Positions 38,002 to 50,300 of a stretch of DNA of 64,000 nt are shown here, one piece after another. Position 1 is the stretch's first letter; the number at the start of each line of letters is the position of its first letter. This stretch comes from Phoronis australis (Eukaryota > Animalia > Phoronida), in contig NMRA01000162.1 of the NCBI GenBank assembly GCA_002633005.1, positions 186,602 through 250,601 of the forward strand. The letters run 5' to 3'. Both the position numbers and the translations under genes were made by a program. Under the pieces are notes generated by a model that saw only the letters and a list, made by a program, of their open reading frames with translations, was not told the DNA's origin and did no database searches.

Positions 38002-39474
38002 TCAAAGATTCATGGGTATTGATGTGGAACACATCGTCACAAATCAAACAATCATTGCTGCCTAACACTGTATGTGAATATTATTTGATGGCATGTTCAC
38101 AAAGGTCGATAATGATCTTCAGAGTAAAATATGCTCACTATAGTGCATCGGGTGCTTCTTCTTACCTGGCCCAAGCCAGTGAAGGTGCAATGCCTCATGA
38201 ATATTCAGTGTCTTCAGATAAGAAAGAAACAATCGAGTGAATGATGACTGCACCATAACATGTTGCGAATTGATGTGTATTTTTCAATTAATAATGCCTG
38301 CTTATGAATGTGATAGCGCGAAAAAGTTGGTGATATGAAAAAATTCAGGACAGTTTTTGGTCACCAGATTTTTCAGTTTTTGGAATACGTTAATCTGTTT
38401 AGGTGTATCATGTTATTGAACTGACTCTGAGGGAAGAAAAGTCTGCTACTGCTTTCTGTTAATTACCAGCTGAGGGGATTTCACATGGAGAGCTTGGGCA
38501 GGTGTTGCATACCATCTAAAGTAGCAGATTCACATTGCGTCTCAGTTTCAAAAGGCCTTGTGTGTGAACCACGCCCATGATTTAAAACCATCCGCAAAAT
38601 TCTAAGCTATGCAGACTAGTTACCCCCTCCAAAATGGCATATGGCATTTACTTCGAAAAGTTGTGTTGGAACACCTGTCTATGGTACACAGTCTGTTAAG
38701 TCACATATTTTAGTCGCTTATGAAGACGTGTGCTTCTAGTGTGAATGTGCAGACAGGACTTATGACAGTTATAAAGCATGCCAATTTTCAAAATGTTCAC
38801 CTGTCTGGTCTAAATGTTACATTTTTGATTCTTTGAAATTTGGCATTTGTTCAAGCTGTTGAATTTGTTATATTATTTTGTATTTCATATTATTTAGACA
38901 GCACGTTTTACTTCTACCCCTGTTCAGGTACATCACTTTACATTTTAAAATTTTTAATATTTGTATCTGAATATTGAGCCAACAAAACAGTTGGTTTTAT
39001 AAAGAAGTTTGGATATTTTAGATAGGCTGAATTTCTTTGTAATGTGGCCAAGAACAACGTTTGATATTTAGACTGTTAACTTAATACTCGATCTCATTTT
39101 CATGTCAAGTTGATGCCTTGCAAGTTTACATTCACAACTACTATAGCAGGGCCCATTTGCAGTGTAACCACAGCACAACACCCAGGGTTTTATGCTTCCA
39201 CATATGTATATGGGGACGCAGATCATGTCATCTCTGTCCGGATGTCCGGTATCCTCCTCCGTATCCATAGATTTGCATGCGGATCTTCGTGGAATTTGAG
39301 AGGCATGTTTACATCAGTGTGAGGATGCGTCTCGACAACTTTTAGACTGTTCAAAATATTGCTGTGCCGCGTAGGTACAATTTTAAGTCTTCGCATTCGC
39401 CTTTTTATCTACCCAATCTCTCGCTGAATGTTCAGGAAATTTGGCAGGCGACACTGACCATTAATTTTCATGCT

Positions 39475-40010
39475 TAAGTTCGGATACATCACAAAAATGA
39501 TGGAGCTCAGTGGCAGCATCCTTCGACAGATTACAGCAAATTCCTAGGTACATAGAAATCGTTCAGGGAGGCCAGGTCAAACATCCATAGAATCCATTTT
39601 CCGAGAATATCTTCGGGTATGCTTTCATCCCAGCTGAACTACAGCCTACAAAGCTGCTGAAATACGACTCTAGATTGAAGGATGAATGGACTGGCGTACC
39701 CCTGTGGGTCATAGACTTAATGTACCCAGTATTTTTCTGCAGGTGCTGGGTCTGGCCATGCTAGTATTCACATGGTAACCAAGGGTGTCCTTTTCCACCC
39801 CCCATCCTATATTCAGAGCTCTCATGTACAAGTCATCATCCAATTTCTATTGGTGAACACTGACAACTCTGCCTACTACGGGGATACTATTCAGCACTTA
39901 CTGTTGGAAATCCACTTGGTAATGCGGAATCCTCCCTGAGAGAGCTGTGATGTAATGATTTCATTAGCCAGGAGAATCCTATTGGTTGGCTTCTCAGAAA
40001 ATCTTGGAAT
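39475..40010 (-). mobile_element. Degenerate BEL/Pao LTR-retrotransposon pol fragment (end of RT to RNase H)
   Basis: Minus-strand translation across frameshifts and stops: GGFRITKWISNS-VLNSIP...RAL.IGW..EKD...RKILG..VYDPQGYASPFIL...FQQLCRL.FSWDESIP...W..W..DL..L....VPR...ELHHFCDVSE, the BEL/Pao motif series. Confidence 0.85.
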
Positions 40011-40696
40011 GTAAACAGAAAAGCAGAAAAGTGGTCAAAATCACATTACATGAGGTCTTTTGCCGTAGGTGTGGAAAACCAGCATGAAACAGGTTCCCTC
40101 TGTGCAGGAGGGGTTACCATCTTAACCGTAAGAGTGTACCCCTTGTATCTTTGCAATATGTGATGTACACAGTGGACACATATCAATGCCCTTGGTTACT
40201 CTTCTTTTTCGAATTGGTGCAACAACGAAGATCCCTTATGAGCACAATCTGCCATTTTATACAGAGTGTGCATTTATATCAGTAGTTTTCATTTAATTGA
40301 CTGTACATTGGTGCCTGGCATTTTAAGAAATTCTTTGCTCAGCAAATATTTTATATAGTCAGGTAGTTCATCATTATAATGCATTATATTTTATTACCAA
40401 TTTTGCTTGAATGTGTTTTATGCTGCAATTTCTTAAATTTTAATCAATGTACTAATTGGTTGTTGCAAATATTCTATGTTAGTTTATCTGATGGATAGTT
40501 GGGTACAAATATATGGATATGCTTTGTGTGTTTGTTAAATTCTGAGGCACTGCCTGGTTTTGCCAATTGGACAATTTTAATCTTGCCATTCCCAATTTGC
40601 CATCTGAGCATTGAATTCTTATTCCCTTGAATTTTTGTGCAATTGTTGGATGTTATGCATTTTAAAGAAGTAAACTGTCAGATTTAATGTTTCAGC

Positions 40697-40800
40697 AATA
40701 GTCACTTACAGGAGTCTGGAATTTTAAGAACAATTTTGTTGCTTGCAATTCAGTTTAGGAAATTGGTTCTCAGTGTGCCTGACCCCTGTAAGTGACTATT
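40697..40800. repeat. Palindromic MITE family A variant
   Basis: Perfect 16-bp TIR aatagtcacttacagg / cctgtaagtgactatt. Confidence 0.75.
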
Positions 40801-42260
40801 ACCTGAGTTACGCTCCAGCATGAATGAACCACGTACTGGGTGCAAACACCCAATTGCCCATAAATCCTGCACGTACATGTTAGAGCAGCAAAAATTAAAT
40901 TAACAGACTGGAGAAACATATATTTTAATCTTTAAAAATGCTCTCAGTAATTTTTAGTCGCTCGTGGAAATTTTCATGGATTCATTCAACTGATTTAATG
41001 GAGAATAGAACTAAAAGTGTTTGCTAGTTGCTGTTTTACTGGTGACTGCGAGTCTGTCTATGGCGTGTGTACATAGTCCGATTGACAGGGCTTTCCACGT
41101 CAGCTATAGTGACCCTTTTCATTCTTGCAAGACGTTTATTTTGGTGTCCGCCTCTTTATCCTCTAAACTGCTCAAACGATCATTATTGAACTTAGTATTG
41201 TCTTCCTTGACACAAGACCATGGCTGACCTCTGTGTTTAAGGTGCGTCTACCTGGTCTCGTTAACAGGGCTTTAGGCACGCTTGTTACGTCTTAAATTGT
41301 CGACAGTTTTTGTCGCGTCGTAACAACGCTTATGTGTCGATTGATCCAGCAAGATTCCTCGACTAAAACTGTTCGCTGACTGGACGACATTTGTCCTTAA
41401 ATTTTTTGTACTAAGTGTCTTATTAAAGTAGTCCGATAATGGGGGACATGTTAATTGTTGTCACAAGTGTCTCTTCACGAGGTAGCCATTAGAAAGTTGT
41501 ATATTTAGCGAGGACATGGGAACACGAGTAGGCCTGTCTGCTATCGCTGGGTTACGTTTTTTTTTGTGTGTTGTGGGCAAAGTAAGGAGGTGTTGGTGCG
41601 TGTTGATACGGATATGTTTCGTATCAATCGGTCGTGTGATTTTAGTTTTGCGTTGAGGAATTTTGACTACTTTATCGTTTAATTTTGTTTCAATAACCGT
41701 TCAAAACGGTTGGTTTCATATTCAAACAGGGGATTGCTTGATCAGATAAAACGTTTTTGGATATTTTAAAGCCCCGCTAAGAATTGGTGTTGCTTTTTAA
41801 ATTTTGTTGTTTACCTGGTGGCCTATTTTGCCTGGTATTGCACAACTATGCGTGGTATACTTAAGAATAAAAAGTCTTGTCGGGGAAAAACAACAATTGT
41901 GTACATTGTTCATAAGTGTGTTACTATGTGGAAACCCCTTTCAAATTTTTTTATTAGCACAAAGTAACGGTAAAAATTACTTGTTTTGGGGACCTAATTG
42001 ATTCTGCGATTGGGCATTCCACCTCGAAGTCGTTTTATTACACCTTAAATGTGAAAATGCGACCTTCAAATGGCATTACATAGGATAATGGAAACAGGTT
42101 TAATTGCAATAAGTCACGCTTTTCTTACGATAACGTGCAACAAACTACGTAGTGCAACTGCACGTCAAATGTAATACATAACAGAATAAACACTGATCAA
42201 GTGACGTTACTAAAATCTTCGGCATTACACTATACCCAGTTGGGACCAGCTTGTGTAAAA

Positions 42261-45200
42261 CTATTTCCGAGGTCTTGGCTTCGGCTTTTGGCTCTTTTTA
42301 GTTATTTGTCTTTGTTTGACTTGAAGGTGTGGAAAGGTGAGGCCACCAACCTGAACATAGAAAATGTAGATTAAAATGTTTTTCACACTGTCTATATCTT
42401 CAAACACTTGCCATAAGCTTAACGCTACATTCAGGCATAGGTGTAGTAAAGCGAAATTTATTACACGCAGTGAGGCACAAACATTTTCATTTTCGAAGTC
42501 TACCCCCGTCACTTTCGCTCCAACCCGGTTGTTACAAGTTTTCTTCATATTTGCCTTTGCTTGGGAACAAAATTTCCTCGCCCCCATCCTGCGACCCTTT
42601 TATCCCAACAAGGAATTACAGGCCGAGACCTATCCGTCTCTCGTCTCTGACAGACACGAAGACGTGTTTAAACTGGTTATTTATATTTGCTAAGATTCTA
42701 TTTCTGTTACACTATAGCTCCATCGTGAACTTTTGATTTATACTGATTTATACGATCAAGCGTTTAAAACTGATGTCACCTGTTCTGCTGTTTTGTTTGT
42801 TAAACTGTCACTCCATGTAAAGGAGACATTTATCTGACTTAATTTTCTCAACCTGTTCCTTATATAACTCGTTTGTCAGGGTTTCAAGGAATGTGAGAAT
42901 CCGTTACGCGTCGGTTGAGATCCGCTTAAAATGATACTTCGAGTACCGGGGTAATAACTATCTGCTGGTCCTGATAACATCAAAGTAAGGAACAATTTGA
43001 GATCAATTTCATAACAGCAATTCCTCCAAAGTTGATTTTCGTGATGACACACTCAGGGGCGGCTCCAAGATTTTGAGTTGGGGGGAGCAGGGCAGAGTAC
43101 TGGCCAGGACATTCGCCCCCCTGAACTGCCAAATGGAATCTGGAAGAATTTTTGGAGGGTCATGACCCCTTACCCCCTGTATAAATACGCCACTGTGGCA
43201 TGCGGGGGTTCAACGAAAGTGTTGGGCTACCGAGAATTTTCCTCTGTGGACGTGCTGATCATGCGCTAATGCGTGACATAACTGTGATGACCGTTGATGA
43301 TAGGTTTAGCCGGGCAATGATGGAGTGGGGGCTGTCGTTTGTCTATATACATGTCCAATGACATACCAACAAATCTTGGAAGCATGAAACCGCAAGTCCC
43401 GGTTTTGGAATAAGTCAGTCTCTCTTGAAGGTAAATCAGATTCCCAATGATGTATATTGTCACTTTCATTATGGTGCATTGAGATATTTTAATAAATCAC
43501 GCGATGACGTCGCCATGAGTCTAGCCCCCATGTCATAAATCGTTATCTTTTCTAAACCCCTCCTTCTTGTGTAATGACGTACGTGAATAGCTCCCTTGTG
43601 TATTTTTTAAATTAACACCTGACAGTAACGAAGAAATTTGCATTGGTTTAAATCGGTAATCGTAAGACGCGCACTCCTGAAATTCTGCAACAATAAAGTA
43701 CACAACCACGGACTGAAAAATAATCGCAAACGTACCTGTGGGAATTCCATGAATGTAAACTTATTCGTGTTTTTCACCATCTTTCTGCCCAGTGCGTTGA
43801 CTGGTAACTTGGAGGGTACAGGATTTGTGACCACACTTATTGGCGGAGGCAAACGAAACTCTCTGTAAGAACTAGTTCTGAGCATTCCTGCGGTATCAAA
43901 ATTTAATCCGAGTAAAGGTTTATTTGGCGCTATAATTTCTTGTCGTTTACTAGCAGTGGAAACAAACCCCCGTTCCTTGAATTCAGGTGCTGCGGACGCT
44001 GGTGAAACCTTGGCCCTGGACTTTTCTCTGTCTTTTGAGTGCTTTTGTTGTTGACGGAACAAGTGGCTAATCAACTGGAACTCGCGTACGTCGACACATC
44101 GGCTTTTACTGGAAAGATGGTTCCTAGGTGTCGCTTTTAAAGATTCCAAACCAATCAAGACATTGTCGTTTACTTCTTTGTATGAAGGATTTGTGTTTTC
44201 GATGTCTTTTCTCATCAGTTGGTTCGATGGCTGAACGACTTGTAAAACGGCAACCTGGGCGTCTTCGTCTCTGGGTGTATATTGGGGCGTTTCAGCCTCT
44301 TCTATTTCGAAGAGCGGGAGTTCGTTCCACAAACGGAAATGGTTGCTTTGTTCGGAAAAAGGGCCATTTTCGTCATTCACAGCATGATTTTCACTCACTG
44401 CTTTGGACACCTCAGAAACGTGACAATTCTTCTTATCATTGGAAAAGTATGATTGGTGCATTTTATCTGTCGTAACAAATTCCTTCTTTTGAAAGCTCCG
44501 CTTGGGTGGCGGGGTTTTCATTGGGATAAAAAATGGAGGCGTCTGCGTCGACTCATTCCTTGACATGACGCTTACTTTTGGAGATGTTTGATGTCTGCTG
44601 ATACTCGCTGGTGAACTGAGCGAGCGTGCCATCGACCCACGGCGTAAGAGGGCACTCGTTGTTGCATCCAAATTAAATCTAGGAGAAGAAGACGAAACAG
44701 ATGTTCTGGTCCCGACAACACAAGGTTCCAAAATGATGTCACTGCACTTGTTGGCGTAAAACAAAGTTGATTGACGGGGGCTTTTCAGAGACACGTTCTT
44801 TTGGCTATTTTCTGGAACTGGAGGAGAGGTAAGCGCTAATCTATTTAGCTTGTCACCAGTGTCTATTATCTGATCGGCAGTTAAAAGCATGGGGAGCTTA
44901 ATGAGAGGTGGCAAAGAATAACTGTCCGACGTGCTTTGTGCTCGGCACGAATCAGTGAGGCTAATTTTTGGCTGTTCAGGGCCTGATTTCATTTGTTTTG
45001 GTTTAGATGTGTAATTACTTTCTGAGCTTCCTTTTTCTGCCTGGTTCTCGTCAGCGGAACAGTCAAACGATGATTCCCTATCGGCGCCAGTCGAACTCTG
45101 CCTAGACCGTTCGTCCGTTGATTCGTTGCTCTGGTTGCTTTTCGTTTGCCTGTCCAGTTCAACGTAACTTCTGCCTGCTTGTGCTTGGGGGTGCATTTCT

Positions 45201-46028
45201 GTACTTGAATCTTCACACGTATGTCGTTCTGAGCTACCAGAACTGGTCTCGACGAAGAAATATTGTTCCAAACTGTCCAAGCTGTCATCTTTGACAAGTT
45301 TCGAAGGGTGACGCTTACCTCGTTTCATGTTATTACGTTTTTTCAAGCTGTCTGTTTTGTGTTCGCCCCCTTTCAGCCTTTTACTTCGTTGTTGCGAATT
45401 TTTGATCATCGATGAGGTAGCTTCGTTTTTTGATTCAGCAGAACTGCGGCGTGTATCTATTGAACTTTCTGACTCTTGCCTTAATGTTACGACCAAGTCA
45501 TCATTACTGCTACTCAGTGACATGCACAAGTCGTTTGGTGTTCCGGGTGTGACTGGTCGCTCGGTGAATACGTTCCTTTCGTTTCTTTGAAGGGCGATCA
45601 CCGCTGATGGTTTTCTCTCCTCTTTTGTCTTCACAGGGCAAGGTAAGCACGCTTTATTTTGCCCGGTCGGTGCTCTGGATAACTGAATCGGGGTCGATTT
45701 TGCCGATGTGGCAATAGTCATTGCCGCTTCTGCGTTGCTTCGCTGCTGACCTTCAAATCTTGACTTATTAATTTTGCTTTCAGATGATGGCCGTTTTGGC
45801 ACCTGAGGCTTCGCTTTCACGGCTTCTTTAGAGGACGAAACTCGAAATGGTGTTTGAATCGAGTGTACGTTCGAACTTGGTCTTCGATTATTCACGTTGG
45901 TCTTTAAAGTTTTGTCTTTGTTCCTGTTGATGGCGCTGGCTGGCCATCGGTACCAGCATTGCTGTCTTTCCTGAGACACAGATGGCTTTGTGTTGTGAGC
46001 GACTATGTTCCTGTAGGTTATTTGTCTA
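42261..46028 (-). CDS. Uncharacterised Ser/Lys/Arg-rich, probably disordered protein (large exon 46028-43736 + last exon 42350-42261)
   Basis: 814-codon ORF; acceptor ttccag before 46028, donor CAG|gtacgt after 43736 (phase 0); joins to ttcag|VGGLTFPHLQVKQRQITKKSQKPKPRPRK*. The 5' exon is unresolved; first in-frame ATG is at 45721. Confidence 0.82.
43054..43195. mobile_element. CAGGGGCGG...CGCCACTG MITE
   Basis: TIR-like ends; core gaactgcca.atggaatct..agaatttt is shared with 54409-54571. Confidence 0.7.
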
Positions 46029-46678
46029 CTGGAAGTTAAAAAATACAGCACACCTGAGTATCAACAAACTCTCAAGAGGAGAGACATCAATCGTACAATT
46101 GTAAGTGTTGCTAAAAACATAAGATTTTTTCCTTCAACTTCTGTCGCCAATCCGGCACACCGTTTTAACATTGGTGAGGTTTCAAACTTTTGCCAGTCTG
46201 CGTGTTGTGCACCGGTACTGTTTGTTTACAAGCATGTAGTAACCCTGTGTCTAATAAGTTCTCTGGATTTTTCTTAAGCCCCCTCGACCTACAACCCCCA
46301 CGACCGAACCCCCTCGACCCACGACCTGTTGTAGATGAATCTTTGCGCATTATCCTTTGTCTAGGATCTGAACACCAGAGCAATCTATAGTGTGATCAGT
46401 TGTCAAGGAATGATTGAGAACAGCACTGTGTGTGTCTTTACAGTGTTCTTTGACTCTGGTGCTAAGAATCCTGTTAGTAAAACTGTTCACAGTAACTACA
46501 GTTGAGTTGGTACACAACATGACTTCTTTGAGAATTACTCAATGGTGTTTTTAGTCTAGACAATGACAGAAGTCTGTTTACAAGTTTGAAGATTGTTACG
46601 AGTTGCAAACATATGGAACAATAGCTCCAATTAAGCATTCTCTTAACCTGCCTCTCGACAATGCATTTTGACGTGTAC

Positions 46679-46846
46679 CAGCCTCCCGTTCAGTAACGCT
46701 AGGACCTCGCTAAAAAGCAAGACTTCGCAAAATCACGTGAGACATTGCCATGTATTTCAAATGAATACAAGTGACTTTGACTAGATTTTAGCTAGGTCCT
46801 AGCGTAGGTCCTAGCGTAGGTCCTAGAGTTACTGAACGCACGCCTG
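46679..46846. mobile_element. MITE with 3-bp TAC flanks
   Basis: TIR cgttcagtaacgctaggacct / aggtcctagagttactgaacg; internal (taggtcctagcg) x3. Confidence 0.75.
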
Positions 46847-47399
46847 TACAGCCTCTTCTCTACCTGTGTCGCCTGTTTTGAGTCTGTGAACTATTTCCTT
46901 GGGAATGGTTTAGAGTAATAAACCGAAACGTTGGATAGATATGTCATTATTTACTTACGCGCTAATTTTAAAGTTCTTACCTACACTTTACGAAGAACTT
47001 TGTAACGTTGGTAGATCTTTGATTTGATTTGGTCGCGTTGTTTTTTTCTGTTTTTGGCTTTCAAACTTGTCGAATCGACTCTCTTAATTGCAAAAAACAG
47101 AGAAAAGCCAGCCAAACTCACGGCGCGACTCGTTGGTCTGGCAAGTCAGCACTTGTTTTATGCTCAGATCGAGTCGAACGTGTGTAGACTGGGTCGAGTG
47201 GGTTGAGGGAGTCGTGGGGTGTGGGTTCGAGGGGTTTTAGAACAACTCCATTTCTCTCTGTTGCACTTTTATTTAGCCTCCTTAGTTCCAGACATGCCTC
47301 CCTGACCTATCAACTTATGAAATTTAATTTCTGGTAGATTACTAAAATACAACATTTGTCTTTCAATACTAACTTATATTGCTCAATGAATCTGTCTGT

Positions 47400-50300
47400 A
47401 TTGGTAAAGTGGAAGAACGTGACGTTCAATGGTTCTTTCCAGCGATGAGGTTGATCACACACCGTTGGTACCACGGGTTTGTCATCCGGGACAGGGCTGT
47501 GTGCTTGTGTCAGGATGTCGTCGTTCGAGATCGTTGGGACCAGACGATCGCATGTCACCCATCCTTCGAGGCCACGGTTTTTCTGAAATTGTGCCGCTGT
47601 AACCATCTTAGGCCAATATCCAATGTCAACACTTTTATTTGTGATACATGCAATCGTGGGATTTCTATTCCTAACAGTACTAATTGTCGTCAAGAGCAAT
47701 TCTAAAAGTTTAACAGACAGACTTTGGTTATTAAACAGAGCTAGGTGTGAAAGCGCAAGTGGCAATTTTGTGTTTTGTTTATCCTACATCTTATTTAAAG
47801 CAGTTATTTCCTAAATTTCACAAGTAATGTTATGTACGTTTATTAGCACAAACCATTCTTCTAGAGGAACGCCGTGGTTAACAAAAGTAGAATAATATTA
47901 TTGTTTTTCTTGTTGAGGGCCCTCTTGGAAAGCAATGCTATCACTGAAGAGGCCACCGTCATTTTAAATATCACAATAATAAATAATAAATAATAAATAA
48001 ATTTTACGACGAGGCTGCTGAAAGGCATCTTACGTCGATCCCCATACGCGCACAATAAGTTAACTAGGCTAAAAAGCGGTTAGCTCGTTGTCTACGTTTT
48101 GTCCCCATCGGAAAGAAGAAAGGTAGTAGTCGACATCTGCTGGTCACCCGGATGTGTCCAACAGTACGTGCAGACGATCTGTATCAAATTTTCAAATTTC
48201 CTATGCTTAAAGAGGCCAGGAACGCTATAAACAGACTAAATTGCAATATTGAAAGTGTTTCTGTGCCATTGAAACAGAATTCAACCTGCTCACCAGGTAT
48301 TTTTAGGATTTATTTGTAAAGATTTTTAATTTCTGTTGATGTCAAAGCATTTTCACTTAGTGTCAAATTTTAAGAAAAAGGTTTGTCAACTGCTCGCCGC
48401 TTCGTCGATTTTTCTCCCATAAGGCAAAGCCCGTCTCTTTACCTGGTATGGCAAGACATAGACGTAACCCCTTTCCCTTATATGGTCTCAAGCGACTTCA
48501 AGCAACAGACTGCAAGCGCAAGCGGACATTTCTCATAAGTGGGAGGGGATTAAAATCTCTGTGGTAACCACAGAAATTTTCCAGCAGGCGTATTTCAAAA
48601 ATCGGGAAATTTATTTTTTCTGGAAATTTCTTCAAATAGAAAAGTGAATTCCTCTGTATTAGACGTTGCGAGATGGTGCTTTCGTCAGGACTCGTTTAAA
48701 AGATATTTTGACGAGCTTTCGTGTTTCATTACTGTTTAAAGTGCCTTGAAGCATGTCTCGTCGGCATTTTGCAACTTGACCGTATTTTCCTGATTTTTGA
48801 TCCTTTTAATTTTCATGCATACACGCACAGAAAAAATCTTCAGGGACTGACAATCTTGCAACATTCCCCAAGGGATTTCGACCAAATTTTCAAAAAGATG
48901 CGCATATTTTGCAATTCGACGATAAATGTATTTTTCTAAATTTTGCCCGTTCTTGGTTTTCACCCATCGATGTAGCGAAATACTCTAGATCCCTGTAAGG
49001 ACAACTCCTTCGAGTGACCTTGCTTGGGATACACTCAGGTCTATATAAGTCGTGTTCATGAGCGCACGAGTTGGGTTGTTCAGGTAGCCTATCCTACATT
49101 TCTCAGGGAATTTCAAACTTTCAAAAAGTATGATTACGACTAAAACTGTTTCCAAAATTTTGCGATTCAAAAGTATTTTCCAGATTTTTCTCGATTTCCA
49201 CGCATATACATGTATTCATCTCCTTTGGGGCGGGATCTCAAGCAAATTTCCAGGAAAGTCTATCGTCGATGAAGTGTCTTAAGTGCTTGTTGTCGCCACT
49301 TCATTTGTCCACGTTTGTCATTCAAGGGAATTCTTTGGAATGGATGGCGAAGGGAGGGAGCATTCAACGTAATCAGAATGTGGATATTAGGAACGTGCCG
49401 CTGAGCCGGGTGTCATTTTAATGGTTCTGGTCTTTTTTCAGCATTTTGGTGTTAACTTGGGGCATCAGCTTAACTAGAATACTCATACATATAAAATTGG
49501 CCTTCGGACAATGCCACTTGGCCCGGGGTGTGAAATCAGCCAGATTATATGTGCTTTGTTGTTTCGGCCTGAGAATTCATTGCACGGTATGAATACTGTT
49601 GTGATTGGGTAGACAAACATGGGTGGCACATTTTGGAAAAGTGTAAATATCGACCAAGTTTTGGAAGCCCAACCACACCTCCACCATAAAAATACAATTG
49701 GCCATGCGGGTGCATCCACACATTGTGTATTTTCGTAGAATCCAATTTCCCCTCGGAAGTAAACTGCGTATGGGCAGACTTCAGTCATACGGCAAGTCAC
49801 GTGACTTTTAAACTAGAGAATGGTTAGCTTGTGAAGTTTGCACATATTCAAAGAAAACGAAGGAAACGTTGTGGCTATGACACCCGAGGTGTTCTGAATG
49901 TTGAGTTTTGGGGTTCATAGAACGTTGCCACGCTCACCTGATTTTTAATTGTCACCGATTTAACCGGCAACTCAAATCACAGACAATGCGGTCACGCCAT
50001 TCGCAACTTAAGGCCGGGATGGCCAACGAACCTCAGAAAACTCTGAAGTGTTTTCTTGAGTCGTTGATCGTCTCGGTGTTAGTAACGGAAGTCCTATCAA
50101 GATGGACAGGAATATCAAGAAACCGCTTTCGATTTTTCGCCAGCTAAACAGCGCAAAATGAAGTCGGCAAGCCATTGAACCCTTCACATGCAACTTTGAG
50201 GCAGCGAAAATGAGAAGCGTTTCGGATGCACCGAATGACAATTTGAGGCATCTGGAACACATCAGGGCCCGGTCTCCAATCTTTTTACTCGAAATGAAAC

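Noticed and set aside
47400-50143. Recurrent in-frame TGA as selenocysteine or readthrough recoding
   Set aside because: TAA and TAG stops and a broken acceptor also occur and no SECIS-like element was seen; decay is the simpler explanation.
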